A DNA stretch of 64,000 nt, from contig JAZAMN010000018.1 of assembly GCA_036229005.1 (NCBI GenBank), forward strand, positions 27,647-91,646, given 5' to 3'. The notes under the pieces were generated by a model. That model saw only the letters and a list, made by a program, of their open reading frames with translations, made no database searches and was not told the origin of the DNA. A program made the translations under genes and the position numbers. This document shows, in pieces, positions 9,820-18,896 of the stretch (the stretch's first letter is position 1; each line of letters begins with the position of its first letter). This stretch comes from Myxococcota bacterium. Its GTDB lineage: Bacteria; Myxococcota_A; UBA796; CAJQPC01.

Positions 9820-10127
9820 GCTTTGATCTGAACAACCTCCAGGGAATGATGGCCGGCCTGCAGCAGCGCATGATGCAGGCCAAGCAGGAGGCCGAGGCCA
9901 CCGAGGTCACCGGCAAGTCCGGCGGCGGGCTGGTGCAGGTGACGGCCACGGGCGGCCAGGAGATCCGCAAGGTCTCCATCGACCCGGGCGCCATGGACGA
10001 CCGCGAGATGCTGGAGGACCTGATCCACGCGGCCACCAACGACGCGCTGCGTCAGGCCAAGGAGGTCGTCGCGGCCAAGATGTCCGAGGCCACCGGCGGG
10101 CTGCCCCTGCCTCCCGGGCTGATGTAG
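9816..10127 (+). CDS. ybaB: YbaB/EbfC nucleoid-associated protein
   Basis: SGGGLVQVTATG...IDP...LEDLI.AATNDAL; between dnaX and recR. Confidence 0.95.
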   Translation: MSFDLNNLQGMMAGLQQRMMQAKQEAEATEVTGKSGGGLVQVTATGGQEIRKVSIDPGAMDDREMLEDLIHAATNDALRQAKEVVAAKMSEATGGLPLPPGLM

Positions 10128-10714
10128 TGGCGGCAGACCCCATCCGGCGCTGCGTGCACGCCCTCTCGCGGCTGCCCGGCATCGGCGAGAAGACCGCGTG
10201 GCGCCTGACCTGGTGGCTGCTGCGGGCCGACGACGGCCTGGTGAAGGAGATCTCGGCGGCCATCGGCGGGCTGCAGGGCTCGGTGGTGGAGTGCGAGGTG
10301 TGCTGCACCATCGCGACCCAGAGCCCCTGCCGGAGCTGCAGCGACCCGCGCCGCGACGCGAGCACCGTGTGCGTGGTCGAGCGGCCCCAGGACATCCAGG
10401 CCATCGAGGGCAGCGGCGAGTACCGCGGGCGCTACCACGTGCTGCACGGTGCGATCTCGCCCCTGGATGGGGTCGGACCGGACCAGCTCCGCATCCGACC
10501 GCTGCTGGCCCACCTGGACGGGGTGCAGGAGGTCATCGTGGCCACCGACCCCGACGTGGAGGGCGACGCCACGGCGCTCTACCTGCAGCGGGTGCTCAAG
10601 CCCCTGGGGGTCAAGGTCTCCCGGCTGGCCTACGGCGTGTCCGTGGGCACCGAGATCGAGTACGCCGACAAGGTGAGCCTGATGCGCGCACTGGAGAACC
10701 GCCGGGTGCTCTGA
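10127..10714 (+). CDS. recR: Recombination mediator RecR
   Basis: LSRLPGIGEKTA HhH, C4 zinc finger, YHVLHGAISPLDG, Toprim EGDATA. Confidence 0.97.
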   Translation: MAADPIRRCVHALSRLPGIGEKTAWRLTWWLLRADDGLVKEISAAIGGLQGSVVECEVCCTIATQSPCRSCSDPRRDASTVCVVERPQDIQAIEGSGEYRGRYHVLHGAISPLDGVGPDQLRIRPLLAHLDGVQEVIVATDPDVEGDATALYLQRVLKPLGVKVSRLAYGVSVGTEIEYADKVSLMRALENRRVL

Positions 10715-10745
10715 GGCGCCTGGGCAGACTCAGCGCGGGCCAACC

Positions 10746-12170
10746 TCAGCGCGGACCCGGCGGGGGCTGGAGCTGCTCACCCGGCGGGGGCTGGAGCTGC
10801 TCACCCGGCGGGGGCTTGGGCGCCCCACCCGGCGGCGGAGGCCCCTTGGGTCCGGCGAACTTCACCCCAGGGTGGTGAATCGGGGTGCCCGGCGTGTGCC
10901 CCGGCGGCGGCGGCGTGGGGGCGCCAGCCGGACGCTCCGGGGGGGCCTCTCCGGGCGCCTGCGCGGGCAAGAAGGGCAGGTCCAGGAGCTGCGCGAGCAC
11001 GGGGGTGACCTGATCGGCGATGGCGCGGTGCCCACCCGGGCTCAGATGGATGGGGTCGGTGAACCAGCGCACCGGCTCCAGGCCCTGCCCCCGCTCCTGG
11101 GCGACGGCGGCCATGTCGACCAGCACCGCGCCCTCCTCGCGGGCGACGCTGCGGATGATCTCGTTGGAGGGGCGCCCGGCCCGGGTGGCCCAGGGGTCGG
11201 TGTCGCGGAGCTCCAGCAGGGTCTCCACCGCCTCGGGGTGCTCCCGGGGCAGGCCATTCTTGAGGGTGTTGTGGGCCACGTACCAGCGGGCGTCGCGGCA
11301 GTCGCTGTCAGCCAGGAGCTGCTCGTCGACCCGGGGACCGCTCGCGCGGCCAGGCTTGGCCCCCAGGCCGGCCTGCTCCATCAGCTCGGGGCAGCTCCAC
11401 TGGGCGCTGGGGGAGCGGGCGTCGGAGATCACGGTGACCAGGATCACCTGGACCCCCTGCTGCCTGGCGGCCCGGACCAGCCAGCGCAGGCGCCGCTCGA
11501 AGTCCCCGAGCATGGCCTCGCGCTGCACCGGCTCCATGTCGCCCAAGCGCTCGCGGGCGTTGGCCCCGTTCTCTTCGCCGACGCGCAGGCCGGAGACGGT
11601 CTCCTCGCCGCGCTCCATCAGCTCAAAGAGGCGCGCGCGCCTCAGGATGGCGCGGACGCGCATGGCGCGGGCCGCGGAGGCGGTGGGGACGCTGCCCTCG
11701 AACAGCACGTTCCCCAGGTCGTTGTGGCCGGTGTAGATCACCAGCACGTCGGGCTGGAGGGCGAGCAGCTCCGGGGCCATGGCCCACAGGTGCCGGGTGT
11801 CCAGCCCGGGCGCGCCCAGGTTGAGCATCTCGACGCCCTCCACGCGCGCCGCGGTCAGCCCCGGCATCTCCCGCTCCGGCTTGGAGTCGCCCCGGCCGCC
11901 GCGCACGGAGCTGCCGCCCACCCAGATCACCCGCGGGCCATCGCCGGGCTCTGCGGGGAAGGGCGGGATGACGAAGCGGTTCTGGTAGGTGGCCTCGATC
12001 CGGCCATCCTGTCCTCGCTTGAGCCACTGACCGGACTCCCCCGGCGCGGGGATCGTGGCGACGAAAGGTGGGGTCGGCGGTCCCGTGAGCACACGCGCCG
12101 CTCCCTCCATCGCCAGCAGGCAGAGAGAGGAGACGAGCAGGCCCATGAGCAGCTTGCGGAGGCGGCTCAC
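10746..12170 (-). CDS. SGNH/GDSL hydrolase-family protein, membrane anchored
   Basis: MEGAARV signal anchor, VGGSSVRG, NLGAPG, YTGHND, DPIHLSPGGH blocks; GTG start overlaps upstream stop. Confidence 0.85.
   Translation of the reverse strand: MSRLRKLLMGLLVSSLCLLAMEGAARVLTGPPTPPFVATIPAPGESGQWLKRGQDGRIEATYQNRFVIPPFPAEPGDGPRVIWVGGSSVRGGRGDSKPEREMPGLTAARVEGVEMLNLGAPGLDTRHLWAMAPELLALQPDVLVIYTGHNDLGNVLFEGSVPTASAARAMRVRAILRRARLFELMERGEETVSGLRVGEENGANARERLGDMEPVQREAMLGDFERRLRWLVRAARQQGVQVILVTVISDARSPSAQWSCPELMEQAGLGAKPGRASGPRVDEQLLADSDCRDARWYVAHNTLKNGLPREHPEAVETLLELRDTDPWATRAGRPSNEIIRSVAREEGAVLVDMAAVAQERGQGLEPVRWFTDPIHLSPGGHRAIADQVTPVLAQLLDLPFLPAQAPGEAPPERPAGAPTPPPPGHTPGTPIHHPGVKFAGPKGPPPPGGAPKPPPGEQLQPPPGEQLQPPPGPR
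10755..10816. repeat. 24-bp tandem repeat (about 2.5 copies) encoding PPPGEQLQ in the SGNH protein tail
   Basis: ACCCGGCGGGGGCTGGAGCTGCTC at 10755, 10779 and partial at 10803. Confidence 0.85.
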
Positions 12171-13606
12171 CAGATCCCCCACATGGGCTTGGGCAGCCAG
12201 ATCTCGGCGACCGGGTCCTGGTGCACGCGGCGCCAGCGGCTGGGGTCCAGGGGCGGCGAGGTCTCGGTGGGCCAGACCAGCGCCTGGGTGTGGAACTGGC
12301 CGACGGCGCGGTCGAAGGTGGAGAGATCCCCGGCCTCGCGGTCCAGGAGCAGCGTGGTGACCTGGGGTCCAAAGACCATGCGGCCGTCGGCGAGCACGCG
12401 CCCTCCTGGGTAGAGACAGTAGAGCAGATAGCCGCTCCAGCCGGGGGTTGTGTCCAGCGGGACCCGGAGCTGGTGGGCGCTGAGCTGCTGGCAGGCCTGG
12501 ACGGGGAAGCGGCCGGGCTCGAGCACCTGGGCGCGGTCCTCCAGGCTCCAGCGCGGCAGGGTGTGGGCGGCGAGCCCGAAGAAGGCCAGAGCGCCGGCGA
12601 CGGGCAGCCAGCTCGGGCGCCGCCACAGGGCCCAGAGCGTGAGGGGGACCAGCGCCAGCCAGGCCCAGCGGGCCATCAACAGCGCCGCGATGCCCGTGCC
12701 GAGGGCGGCCAACAGAGGTCCTCGCCGGTAGGCACGCGCGTGGATCAGGTGCCCGGCGGCCAAGAGGCCAAGCGTTGTACCCGCGAGCATGGCCCACCCA
12801 AAGGCCCCCGCCTCCCCATAGGCCCAGGTGGGCTGGAGCTCCGGGACGAGCTCGGCGGGCCAGCTCCGGTGGGAGGAGAAGGCCCCAATCAGTCCGCGCC
12901 GGGCGGGTCCACCTCCCAGACCCACGAGCAGCCCACCAGCGAGGGTGGATCCGCGCACAAGCGAGGGCCTGTCGACCACCCACGCACCGACGAGCGCGAC
13001 CCACCAGAGGGCGGAGACGGCGTGCAGGTTGAACCAGAGGCCCGCCAGCAGCACGAGCATCAGGGGGGTCTGGAGCTCGGCGGCCTTGGACGGCGGGGGC
13101 CGCTGGGGGTCCCGCAGGAGCACTGGCATCAGGGCCAGGACGAAGAGCAGCTCGAAGAGGTGGGGGCGCGCGCGCAGGCGGTCTTCGACCAGGAGCAGGG
13201 CCACGCCGAGCATGCCGGCGCTGGGGGCGCGGGGGAGGCCTTTGGCGCGCAGGGCGGCCATGAAGGCGGCGGCGGTGCTGGTGAACAGCGCCCAGTGGAA
13301 GAGCTTGAGGCCCCAGAGGCCGCCCAGGCTGTCGATGACGGCGACCAGCACCTCGTAGCCCCACTGGAAGGTGTGCCAGGGGGCGGTGGGGTCGGCGGCG
13401 GAGAGCACGTCCTGGGTGGGCACCCCGCCGTCCAGGATCAGGCGGCCCACGACCACGTGCCAGAACAGGTCGATGTCCCAGAGCGGGCGCCAGGCCCACA
13501 GCCCCACGAGCAGGGTCGTCAGGCCGACGGCGAGCCAGTCTCGGCGCTCCGGGTCCAGGGGCTCAGCCCCCCCCGACCGCGCGGACGACCTCGACCCGGT
13601 CGCCAT
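12167..13606 (-). CDS. Polytopic membrane protein, possible GT-C-type glycosyltransferase (start uncertain)
   Basis: DIDLFWHVVVGRLIL, RARPHLF, LWFNLH, WSGYLLY, ADGR motifs; many TM helices. Confidence 0.7.
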   Translation of the reverse strand: MATGSRSSARSGGAEPLDPERRDWLAVGLTTLLVGLWAWRPLWDIDLFWHVVVGRLILDGGVPTQDVLSAADPTAPWHTFQWGYEVLVAVIDSLGGLWGLKLFHWALFTSTAAAFMAALRAKGLPRAPSAGMLGVALLLVEDRLRARPHLFELLFVLALMPVLLRDPQRPPPSKAAELQTPLMLVLLAGLWFNLHAVSALWWVALVGAWVVDRPSLVRGSTLAGGLLVGLGGGPARRGLIGAFSSHRSWPAELVPELQPTWAYGEAGAFGWAMLAGTTLGLLAAGHLIHARAYRRGPLLAALGTGIAALLMARWAWLALVPLTLWALWRRPSWLPVAGALAFFGLAAHTLPRWSLEDRAQVLEPGRFPVQACQQLSAHQLRVPLDTTPGWSGYLLYCLYPGGRVLADGRMVFGPQVTTLLLDREAGDLSTFDRAVGQFHTQALVWPTETSPPLDPSRWRRVHQDPVAEIWLPKPMWGIW

Positions 13607-13763
13607 CGCTCAGGGGGTGCTCGGCGAGCTGGGAGCGCGGCACGACCTGCAGGTTCAGGGCGACCGCGACGGCCTCCAGAGGGACCTCCAGCGCGGTGAG
13701 GAGCTGGCCCAGCCGGGTGCCGTCCGCGAGCTCGCGGGGCTCTCCGTTGACGTGGATCTGCAT
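13563..13763 (-). CDS. thiS: Sulfur carrier protein ThiS
   Basis: MQIHVNGEPREL...VAVALN..VVPR...GDRVEVVRAVGGG, 66 aa, C-terminal GG. Confidence 0.93.
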   Translation of the reverse strand: MQIHVNGEPRELADGTRLGQLLTALEVPLEAVAVALNLQVVPRSQLAEHPLSDGDRVEVVRAVGGG

Positions 13764-14857
13764 CAGTAGCGCCTCCCACCGGGGGCTGGACGACGGCGGG
13801 TGGGGTCGTCCGAGTCGTCGAAGAGCTTGTGGTTGCCGGTGTACTCGACCGCGTCCTTGCGGTTGATGATGCGGCGCATGGCGAGGTCCTTGAGGCAATC
13901 CTCCATGGTCTGCATGCCGTCCTGCTTGGCGGTCTGCAGGATGGACTGGATCTGGTAGAGCTTGTTCTCGCGGATCAGGTTCCGGATGGCCGGGTTGGCG
14001 ATCAGGATCTCGTGGGCGGCGATGCGCCCATCCCCGGTCTTCTTGCGCATCAGGGCCTGGTTGACGATGGCCATGAGCGAGGCCGAGAGCATGGTCCGCA
14101 CCTGGGACTGCTGCTCGTGGGGGAAGACGTCGATGAGGCGGTCGATGGTCTCGGCGGCGGAGTTGGTGTGCAGGGTGCCGAACACCAGGTGGCCGGTCTC
14201 CGCGGCGGTCAGGGCCAGGGAGATGGTCTCCAGGTCGCGGAGCTCGCCGACCAGGATGACGTCGGGGTCTTCACGCAGGGCGGAGCGCAGGGCGTTGGAG
14301 AAGGAGTGGGTGTGGGCCCCGACCTCGCGCTGGTTGACGATGCACTGGATGGGCTGGTGCACGAACTCGACCGGGTCTTCGACCGTGAGGATGTGCTCCT
14401 GACGGTTCTTGTTGATGTGGTCGATGATCGCGGCCAGGGTGGTGGACTTGCCGGAGCCCGTGGGCCCGCAGACCAGCACCAGGCCCTTCCGGTAGCCGGC
14501 GATGCGGCGGAAGATGGGGGGCGCCTTGATGTCTTCGAGGGTGAGCACCTGGGAGGGGATCTGCCGCATGACCACGCCGACGCCGCGGGCGTGGGTGAAC
14601 ACGTTCACGCGGAAGCGCGCGAGGTTCTTGAGGCCGATGGAGAAGTCGACCTCCATGTTGTTCTCGAAGGTGGTGCGCTGCTTCTCGTTCATGATCGAGT
14701 AGGCCAGCCGCTTGCACGTCTCCCCGTCCAGCTTGGGGAGCTCGGACATGCGCTCGATGTGGCCGTGGATGCGCAGACACGGGTGCTCCCCCCCCGTGAG
14801 GTGGATGTCGGAGGCCCCAACCTTGACGGCGTGGACCAGCAGTTCGTGCATCTTCAT
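13763..14857 (-). CDS. pilT: Type IV pilus retraction ATPase
   Basis: ASDIHL, GPTGSGKSTT, EDPVEF, ALREDPD, TGHLVFGTLHT, AIRNLIRE. Confidence 0.96.
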   Translation of the reverse strand: MKMHELLVHAVKVGASDIHLTGGEHPCLRIHGHIERMSELPKLDGETCKRLAYSIMNEKQRTTFENNMEVDFSIGLKNLARFRVNVFTHARGVGVVMRQIPSQVLTLEDIKAPPIFRRIAGYRKGLVLVCGPTGSGKSTTLAAIIDHINKNRQEHILTVEDPVEFVHQPIQCIVNQREVGAHTHSFSNALRSALREDPDVILVGELRDLETISLALTAAETGHLVFGTLHTNSAAETIDRLIDVFPHEQQSQVRTMLSASLMAIVNQALMRKKTGDGRIAAHEILIANPAIRNLIRENKLYQIQSILQTAKQDGMQTMEDCLKDLAMRRIINRKDAVEYTGNHKLFDDSDDPTRRRPAPGGRRY

Positions 14858-14906
14858 GGGGGGAGGGGCTCCTGGGGTGAGGGGGGAGTTTAGCGGGTGG
14901 TGGGGG

Positions 14907-14934
14907 AATCAGGCATCGGGTATCAGGTATCGGG
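14907..14934 (+). repeat. 7-bp tandem array (4 units, TATCAGG/TATCGGG type)
   Basis: AATCAGG CATCGGG TATCAGG TATCGGG. Confidence 0.8.
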
Positions 14935-14965
14935 AAGGCGCCCGCGCGCCTTGTTTGGGGGGAGC

Positions 14966-15301
14966 ATGCAGGACTTTCGGCGCCTGGAGGTCTGGCGGAA
15001 GGCGCACGCGCTGACGCTGCAGGTCTACGGGGAGACGGTGAGCTTTCCGGTGGACGAACGCTATGGATTGACGCGCCAGATGCGCCGCTCAGCCGCATCC
15101 ATCGGGACCAACCTGGCGGAGGGCTGCGGCAGGCGAACCCGGCGGGAGTACGCCCACTTCGTCAGCATTGCGCGGGGCTCCTCGTCCGAGCTCGAGTACC
15201 AGATCCTGCTCGCGGCAGACCTGGGGTACCTGTCCGAGGCTGCCAGCCAGGACCCCTGCTCCCTGACCCCTGCCCCCAGACACCCGACACCTGACCCCTG
15301 A
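14966..15301 (+). CDS. Four-helix-bundle protein (23S rRNA IVP/Avd-like), C-terminally truncated, possible pseudogene
   Basis: MQDFRRLEVWRKAH...FPVDERYGLTRQMRRSAASIGTNLAEGCGR...ARGSSSELEYQ; last helix replaced by repeat-encoded residues. Confidence 0.85.
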   Translation: MQDFRRLEVWRKAHALTLQVYGETVSFPVDERYGLTRQMRRSAASIGTNLAEGCGRRTRREYAHFVSIARGSSSELEYQILLAADLGYLSEAASQDPCSLTPAPRHPTPDP

Positions 15302-15355
15302 TACCTGATACCCGATACCTGATACCCGATACCTGCCTCCTGACCCCTGCCCGCC
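15251..15355 (-). repeat. 7-bp tandem array (about 15 units), inverted relative to 14907..14934
   Basis: In-phase GACCCCT/GACACCT/GATACCT/GATACCC units. Confidence 0.85.
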
Positions 15356-15372
15356 CTCCCCCGGAGCCGGCC

Positions 15373-15966
15373 GTGATCCTCTACCAAGACCCCCACCTGC
15401 TGATCGCCCTCAAGCCCGCCGGGCTGCCGACCCAGGCGCCCCGGGGTGGCGGCGACAACCTCTTTGACCGGCTGCGGGCGGCGCACGACTACGTGGGGCT
15501 GCACCACCGCCTGGACACGCCGGTGGAGGGGCTGGTGCTCTTCACCCTGGACAAGGGGGTCAACGCGGCGATCTCGGCGGCGTTCAAGGAGCACCGCATC
15601 CACCGCAGCTACCAGGCGCTGGTGGTGGGGGATCCGGGCCCTCAGGGATCGTGGACCACCCCTCTGGACGGCCAGCCCGCCCACACGGACTATCTACACC
15701 TCCCCGCCGGCGAGGACATGCTGCCTGCGTGGGCCGCGCGCCACCGACCGGGCCGCACCACCGCCCTGGCCATCACGCTGCAGACGGGCCGCACGCACCA
15801 GATCCGCCGCCACTGCGCAGACGCCGGCCACCCCATCCTGGGCGACCGGCGTCACGGTGGGGCCGCCTCCCGGCTGGCCCCGAACATCTGCCTGCGGGCG
15901 GTGGGCCTGCGCCTGACCCATCCGGTGACGGGCCAGACGCTGGAGCTGCGCGCCCCCCAGGCCTGA
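15373..15966 (+). CDS. RluA-family RNA pseudouridine synthase
   Basis: KPAGL, HRLD catalytic motif, TGRTHQIR, PILGD. Confidence 0.93.
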   Translation: MILYQDPHLLIALKPAGLPTQAPRGGGDNLFDRLRAAHDYVGLHHRLDTPVEGLVLFTLDKGVNAAISAAFKEHRIHRSYQALVVGDPGPQGSWTTPLDGQPAHTDYLHLPAGEDMLPAWAARHRPGRTTALAITLQTGRTHQIRRHCADAGHPILGDRRHGGAASRLAPNICLRAVGLRLTHPVTGQTLELRAPQA

Positions 15967-15968
15967 GC

Positions 15969-16346
15969 TCAGCGCCTGGCGACCTTGCCCTTGTCGGCCT
16001 TGCCCTTGTCGGCCTTGCCCTTGTCGTCCTCGGGCTTGGGCGGGGGCTCCTCACCCTTGGGGGGCGGCCCATCGGCCTTGGGCGGTGGCTCTTGGGCCTT
16101 TGGAGGGGCCTTCTCGCCCTTCTCTCCCCGCTTTTGGGCCTTCTTGGCCTTCTTCTCGGCCTTGCGCTTCTCCTTCTCGGCCTTGCGCTCTGCCTTCTCG
16201 CGGTCCTTGTCGTCCATCTGGTCGGGCCGCTCTGCGCGGTCCTCGGGGCGCTCGGCCTCCTGCTGGTGCACCTGCGGGGCCGGCTTGGGGGCGGCCTCGG
16301 GTGCGGGGGGACGGGCCAGGGCGAGCAGGGTGATGATGACCTTCAT
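15969..16346 (-). CDS. Low-complexity Lys/Pro-rich secreted hypothetical protein
   Basis: GGAG RBS, short hydrophobic N-terminus, KGKADKGKADK repeats. Confidence 0.55.
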   Translation of the reverse strand: MKVIITLLALARPPAPEAAPKPAPQVHQQEAERPEDRAERPDQMDDKDREKAERKAEKEKRKAEKKAKKAQKRGEKGEKAPPKAQEPPPKADGPPPKGEEPPPKPEDDKGKADKGKADKGKVARR

Positions 16347-16456
16347 GGTGGGCTCCCTTTGGGTGGGTGTTCGCTGGGTTGGACGCCCCGCCTGTCCTCG
16401 CCTTCGGCCCCTTTACACTCCTTGGGAAAGGACAGGACAGCGCAGGGCGGTGGGCC

Positions 16457-17548
16457 TCAGAGCTCCGCGCCGTAGTCCAGCTCCTTGTCCCGGTACATGG
16501 AGTGGTAGTGGGTGACATCGCGCACGATCACGCCGCTCTGGCAGCTCAGCTCGATCCACACCCGGGGCCCGTCGATGCGGAAGTAGGTGTTGGAGCTGTC
16601 CACGTCGGGGCTGCCGCTGCCGGCCCAGGCGATGTAGGTGTCGGCCAGGGCCTCCTCGGAGGTGTAGGCCTCCATCAGGGCGTCGGAGATGGCCTCGCCG
16701 TTGAAGTCGGTGACCCACTGCTCCAGCACGGCGTTGAAGAGGGCGAGCTGATCGCTGTCCAGCTCGGAGGCCAGCAGGCCGCTGCGGCTGGAGCCGCTGG
16801 GGTAGCTCACGGCGCTCAGGCTGCCGGTGCCGTACTCGACGGGGCCCAGCAGCACGTCGCCGAAGGTCGAGGAGAGCTTGGCGGTGGAGAGCTGGGTGCT
16901 GCTCAGGGAGTCGGTGAGCGCGACGAAGGCCTCGCCCTCCTCCACGACGGGGGCGTAGGTGACGCCGTCCAGGTCGAAGGCGCTCTTGGGCTCGGCGGCG
17001 ATGTGGTTGGGGGTGGGGTAGCCCACGCCGTCCACGAAGGTGACGTTGTAGGCCATGTGGTGGTTGCCGAGCTGCACCATCCAGGAGCCCGTGGTGGCCG
17101 GCACGCCGTAGATGGCGATGATGCCCTCGGCCGAGGCGTAGTTGCTGCCGCCGCCGATCTCCTGGAGGTAGTCGTCGGAGGCCAGGATACCGATGTAGTC
17201 CTCGTAGCCCTCGTCGCTGAGCAGGACGGCGGCGAACGCGTCCATGGCGGCCAGGCTCTCGTCGGACATCTCCCCGCGGGCCAGGCCGGTGCGGCCGGCG
17301 GCGCCCAGGGGCAGGTTGGACCACAGGGTCTTGCTCTCGCTGTCGTCGAAGCTGTAGCCGACGACCTCCAGCTCGCTGTCGTCCAGGGTGGCCAGGAAGT
17401 TGTCGGCGGCGCAGACGATGGCTTCGCTCCCGGTGGCGCTGCTGCAGTCGCTGGTCTCGAAGGTCTCGTCGGTGAGCTCGCTGTCGGAGCCCTTGCAGGC
17501 CGTCAGCGCGGCGAGCGCGAACAGGGGGATCAGGGGGGACTTGGGCAT
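16457..17548 (-). CDS. DUF3500 domain lipoprotein (copy 2)
   Basis: LTAC lipobox, WSNLP, QLGNHH, YFRIDGPRVWIE, HYHSMYRD. Confidence 0.88.
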   Translation of the reverse strand: MPKSPLIPLFALAALTACKGSDSELTDETFETSDCSSATGSEAIVCAADNFLATLDDSELEVVGYSFDDSESKTLWSNLPLGAAGRTGLARGEMSDESLAAMDAFAAVLLSDEGYEDYIGILASDDYLQEIGGGSNYASAEGIIAIYGVPATTGSWMVQLGNHHMAYNVTFVDGVGYPTPNHIAAEPKSAFDLDGVTYAPVVEEGEAFVALTDSLSSTQLSTAKLSSTFGDVLLGPVEYGTGSLSAVSYPSGSSRSGLLASELDSDQLALFNAVLEQWVTDFNGEAISDALMEAYTSEEALADTYIAWAGSGSPDVDSSNTYFRIDGPRVWIELSCQSGVIVRDVTHYHSMYRDKELDYGAEL

Positions 17549-17568
17549 CTCGGCTCCAGGGCTGGGGG

Positions 17569-18645
17569 TCAGAGAGGGAGGCGCTGCAGGGTCCAGAGAC
17601 CGGCAGCGAGGATGGCCATGGCGCTCAGGCCCAGGCGAACAGGGGCGTAGCGGCGCGTGCGCAGCCACAGCAGGCCGGGCACGACCACGGCGGCGAGCCC
17701 GAGCTGGACGGCCTCGACGCCCAGATCGAAGCCCACCAGGGTCCAGGCCATGACGGAGAAGTCCACGCCCAGGCCCACCAGGTTCTCGGCGAACGCCATG
17801 CCGTGAATCAGGCCAAAACCGAGCGCCAACCAACGCTCTGCGCGCGACCAGAGCGGGCGGATCGCGTGGACGGCGGCCAGGGCGATGGACAGCGCCACGC
17901 ACAGCTCCACCCAGGAGGACGGCAGCGCGAGCACGCCGAAGGCGGTCAGGGCCAGGGTCAGGGAGTGGCCCAGGGTGAACGCGGTGATCAGGCCCAGCAC
18001 GGAGCGGATCGCGGATCCGGTGTCCTCGCTGGGGACCCAGGTGCCTTGGTGTGCGCGCACGGGCGCGACGAGCAGGAGCGTCAACAGGAAGAGGAGGTGG
18101 TCCCACCCCACTGCGATGTGGGCGGCCCCCTCCTTGAGCCCGCTGAGCACCAGTCGCCCGGCGCTGGGCGCCTCCCTGGGGAGCTCCAGGTGGTCCGTGG
18201 GCCAGCCGATGACACCCGCGAGCTGCGGCTCCGCGTGGATTACGCCCTGGTTCCAGGGGTCCTGGGTGACGGTGACGTAGATCTTGTGGGTGACGACCTG
18301 GTGGAGCACCACCGTGTCATCGACCCGCAGGCTGCCCAGGGGCGCGCCGTCGGGGCGCTGCAGATCCAGGGAGACCAGCAGGTGGGGGGCCTCGTCGATC
18401 TCTCCCCAGCGGATCTCCGGGGGCCCGGCCTGCAGCGGCACGCCGCCGTCGTCCACCAGAGCAAAGTGCTCCAGGACGTAGGTCTCCAGGTCCAGGGACT
18501 CCAGGTCCACGGCCATCTCGAGCTGGTCGCGGGGGACCTGCATCTCGACATGGGCGCGGTCGGCGTGGAGGGTGAGCTCGACCGCGGAGGCAGCCGCTGG
18601 GTGGGCTGCGGCGGGCTGGGCGAGCAGGGTCAGGGACAGGAGCAT
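17569..18645 (-). CDS. HupE/UreJ-family membrane protein
   Basis: AAAHP signal, HIAVGWDHLLFL, TAFTLGHSLTL, FGLIHGMAFA, GVEAVQL. Confidence 0.9.
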   Translation of the reverse strand: MLLSLTLLAQPAAAHPAAASAVELTLHADRAHVEMQVPRDQLEMAVDLESLDLETYVLEHFALVDDGGVPLQAGPPEIRWGEIDEAPHLLVSLDLQRPDGAPLGSLRVDDTVVLHQVVTHKIYVTVTQDPWNQGVIHAEPQLAGVIGWPTDHLELPREAPSAGRLVLSGLKEGAAHIAVGWDHLLFLLTLLLVAPVRAHQGTWVPSEDTGSAIRSVLGLITAFTLGHSLTLALTAFGVLALPSSWVELCVALSIALAAVHAIRPLWSRAERWLALGFGLIHGMAFAENLVGLGVDFSVMAWTLVGFDLGVEAVQLGLAAVVVPGLLWLRTRRYAPVRLGLSAMAILAAGLWTLQRLPL

Positions 18646-18849
18646 GATCACGTACCTGGGCTGGGAGGGCAGGTGGTGGGCAAGGGGGGGCTCCGGGGGG
18701 GCCCCATGACAGGTCTGGTTCTGCCGGTCCGAACGGACAGGCAGAAAAGGAGTCCGGCAGAACCCCGGGCCCGAGTGGGCCCGCGGGGGTTGCGCCTTCA
18801 GGCGCATTTCCGGGGGTGTCCCCCGGAGAGAAGATGTAGTTCTCTGGAG

Positions 18850-18886
18850 CACCGGTTCCGACACTCGGAGGGTGTCGAAACCGGTG
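18850..18886 (-). terminator. Strong stem-loop just downstream of DUF3500 copy 1 (terminator or mRNA stabiliser)
   Basis: CACCGGTTCCGACAC / GTGTCGAAACCGGTG, 14 of 15 complementary; no U-tract. Confidence 0.45.
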
Positions 18887-18896
18887 ATTCGGAGAA

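Noticed and set aside
14966..15301. Diversity-generating retroelement
   Set aside because: An Avd-like fold is present, but no reverse transcriptase or TR/VR pair differing at adenines was seen in the window.
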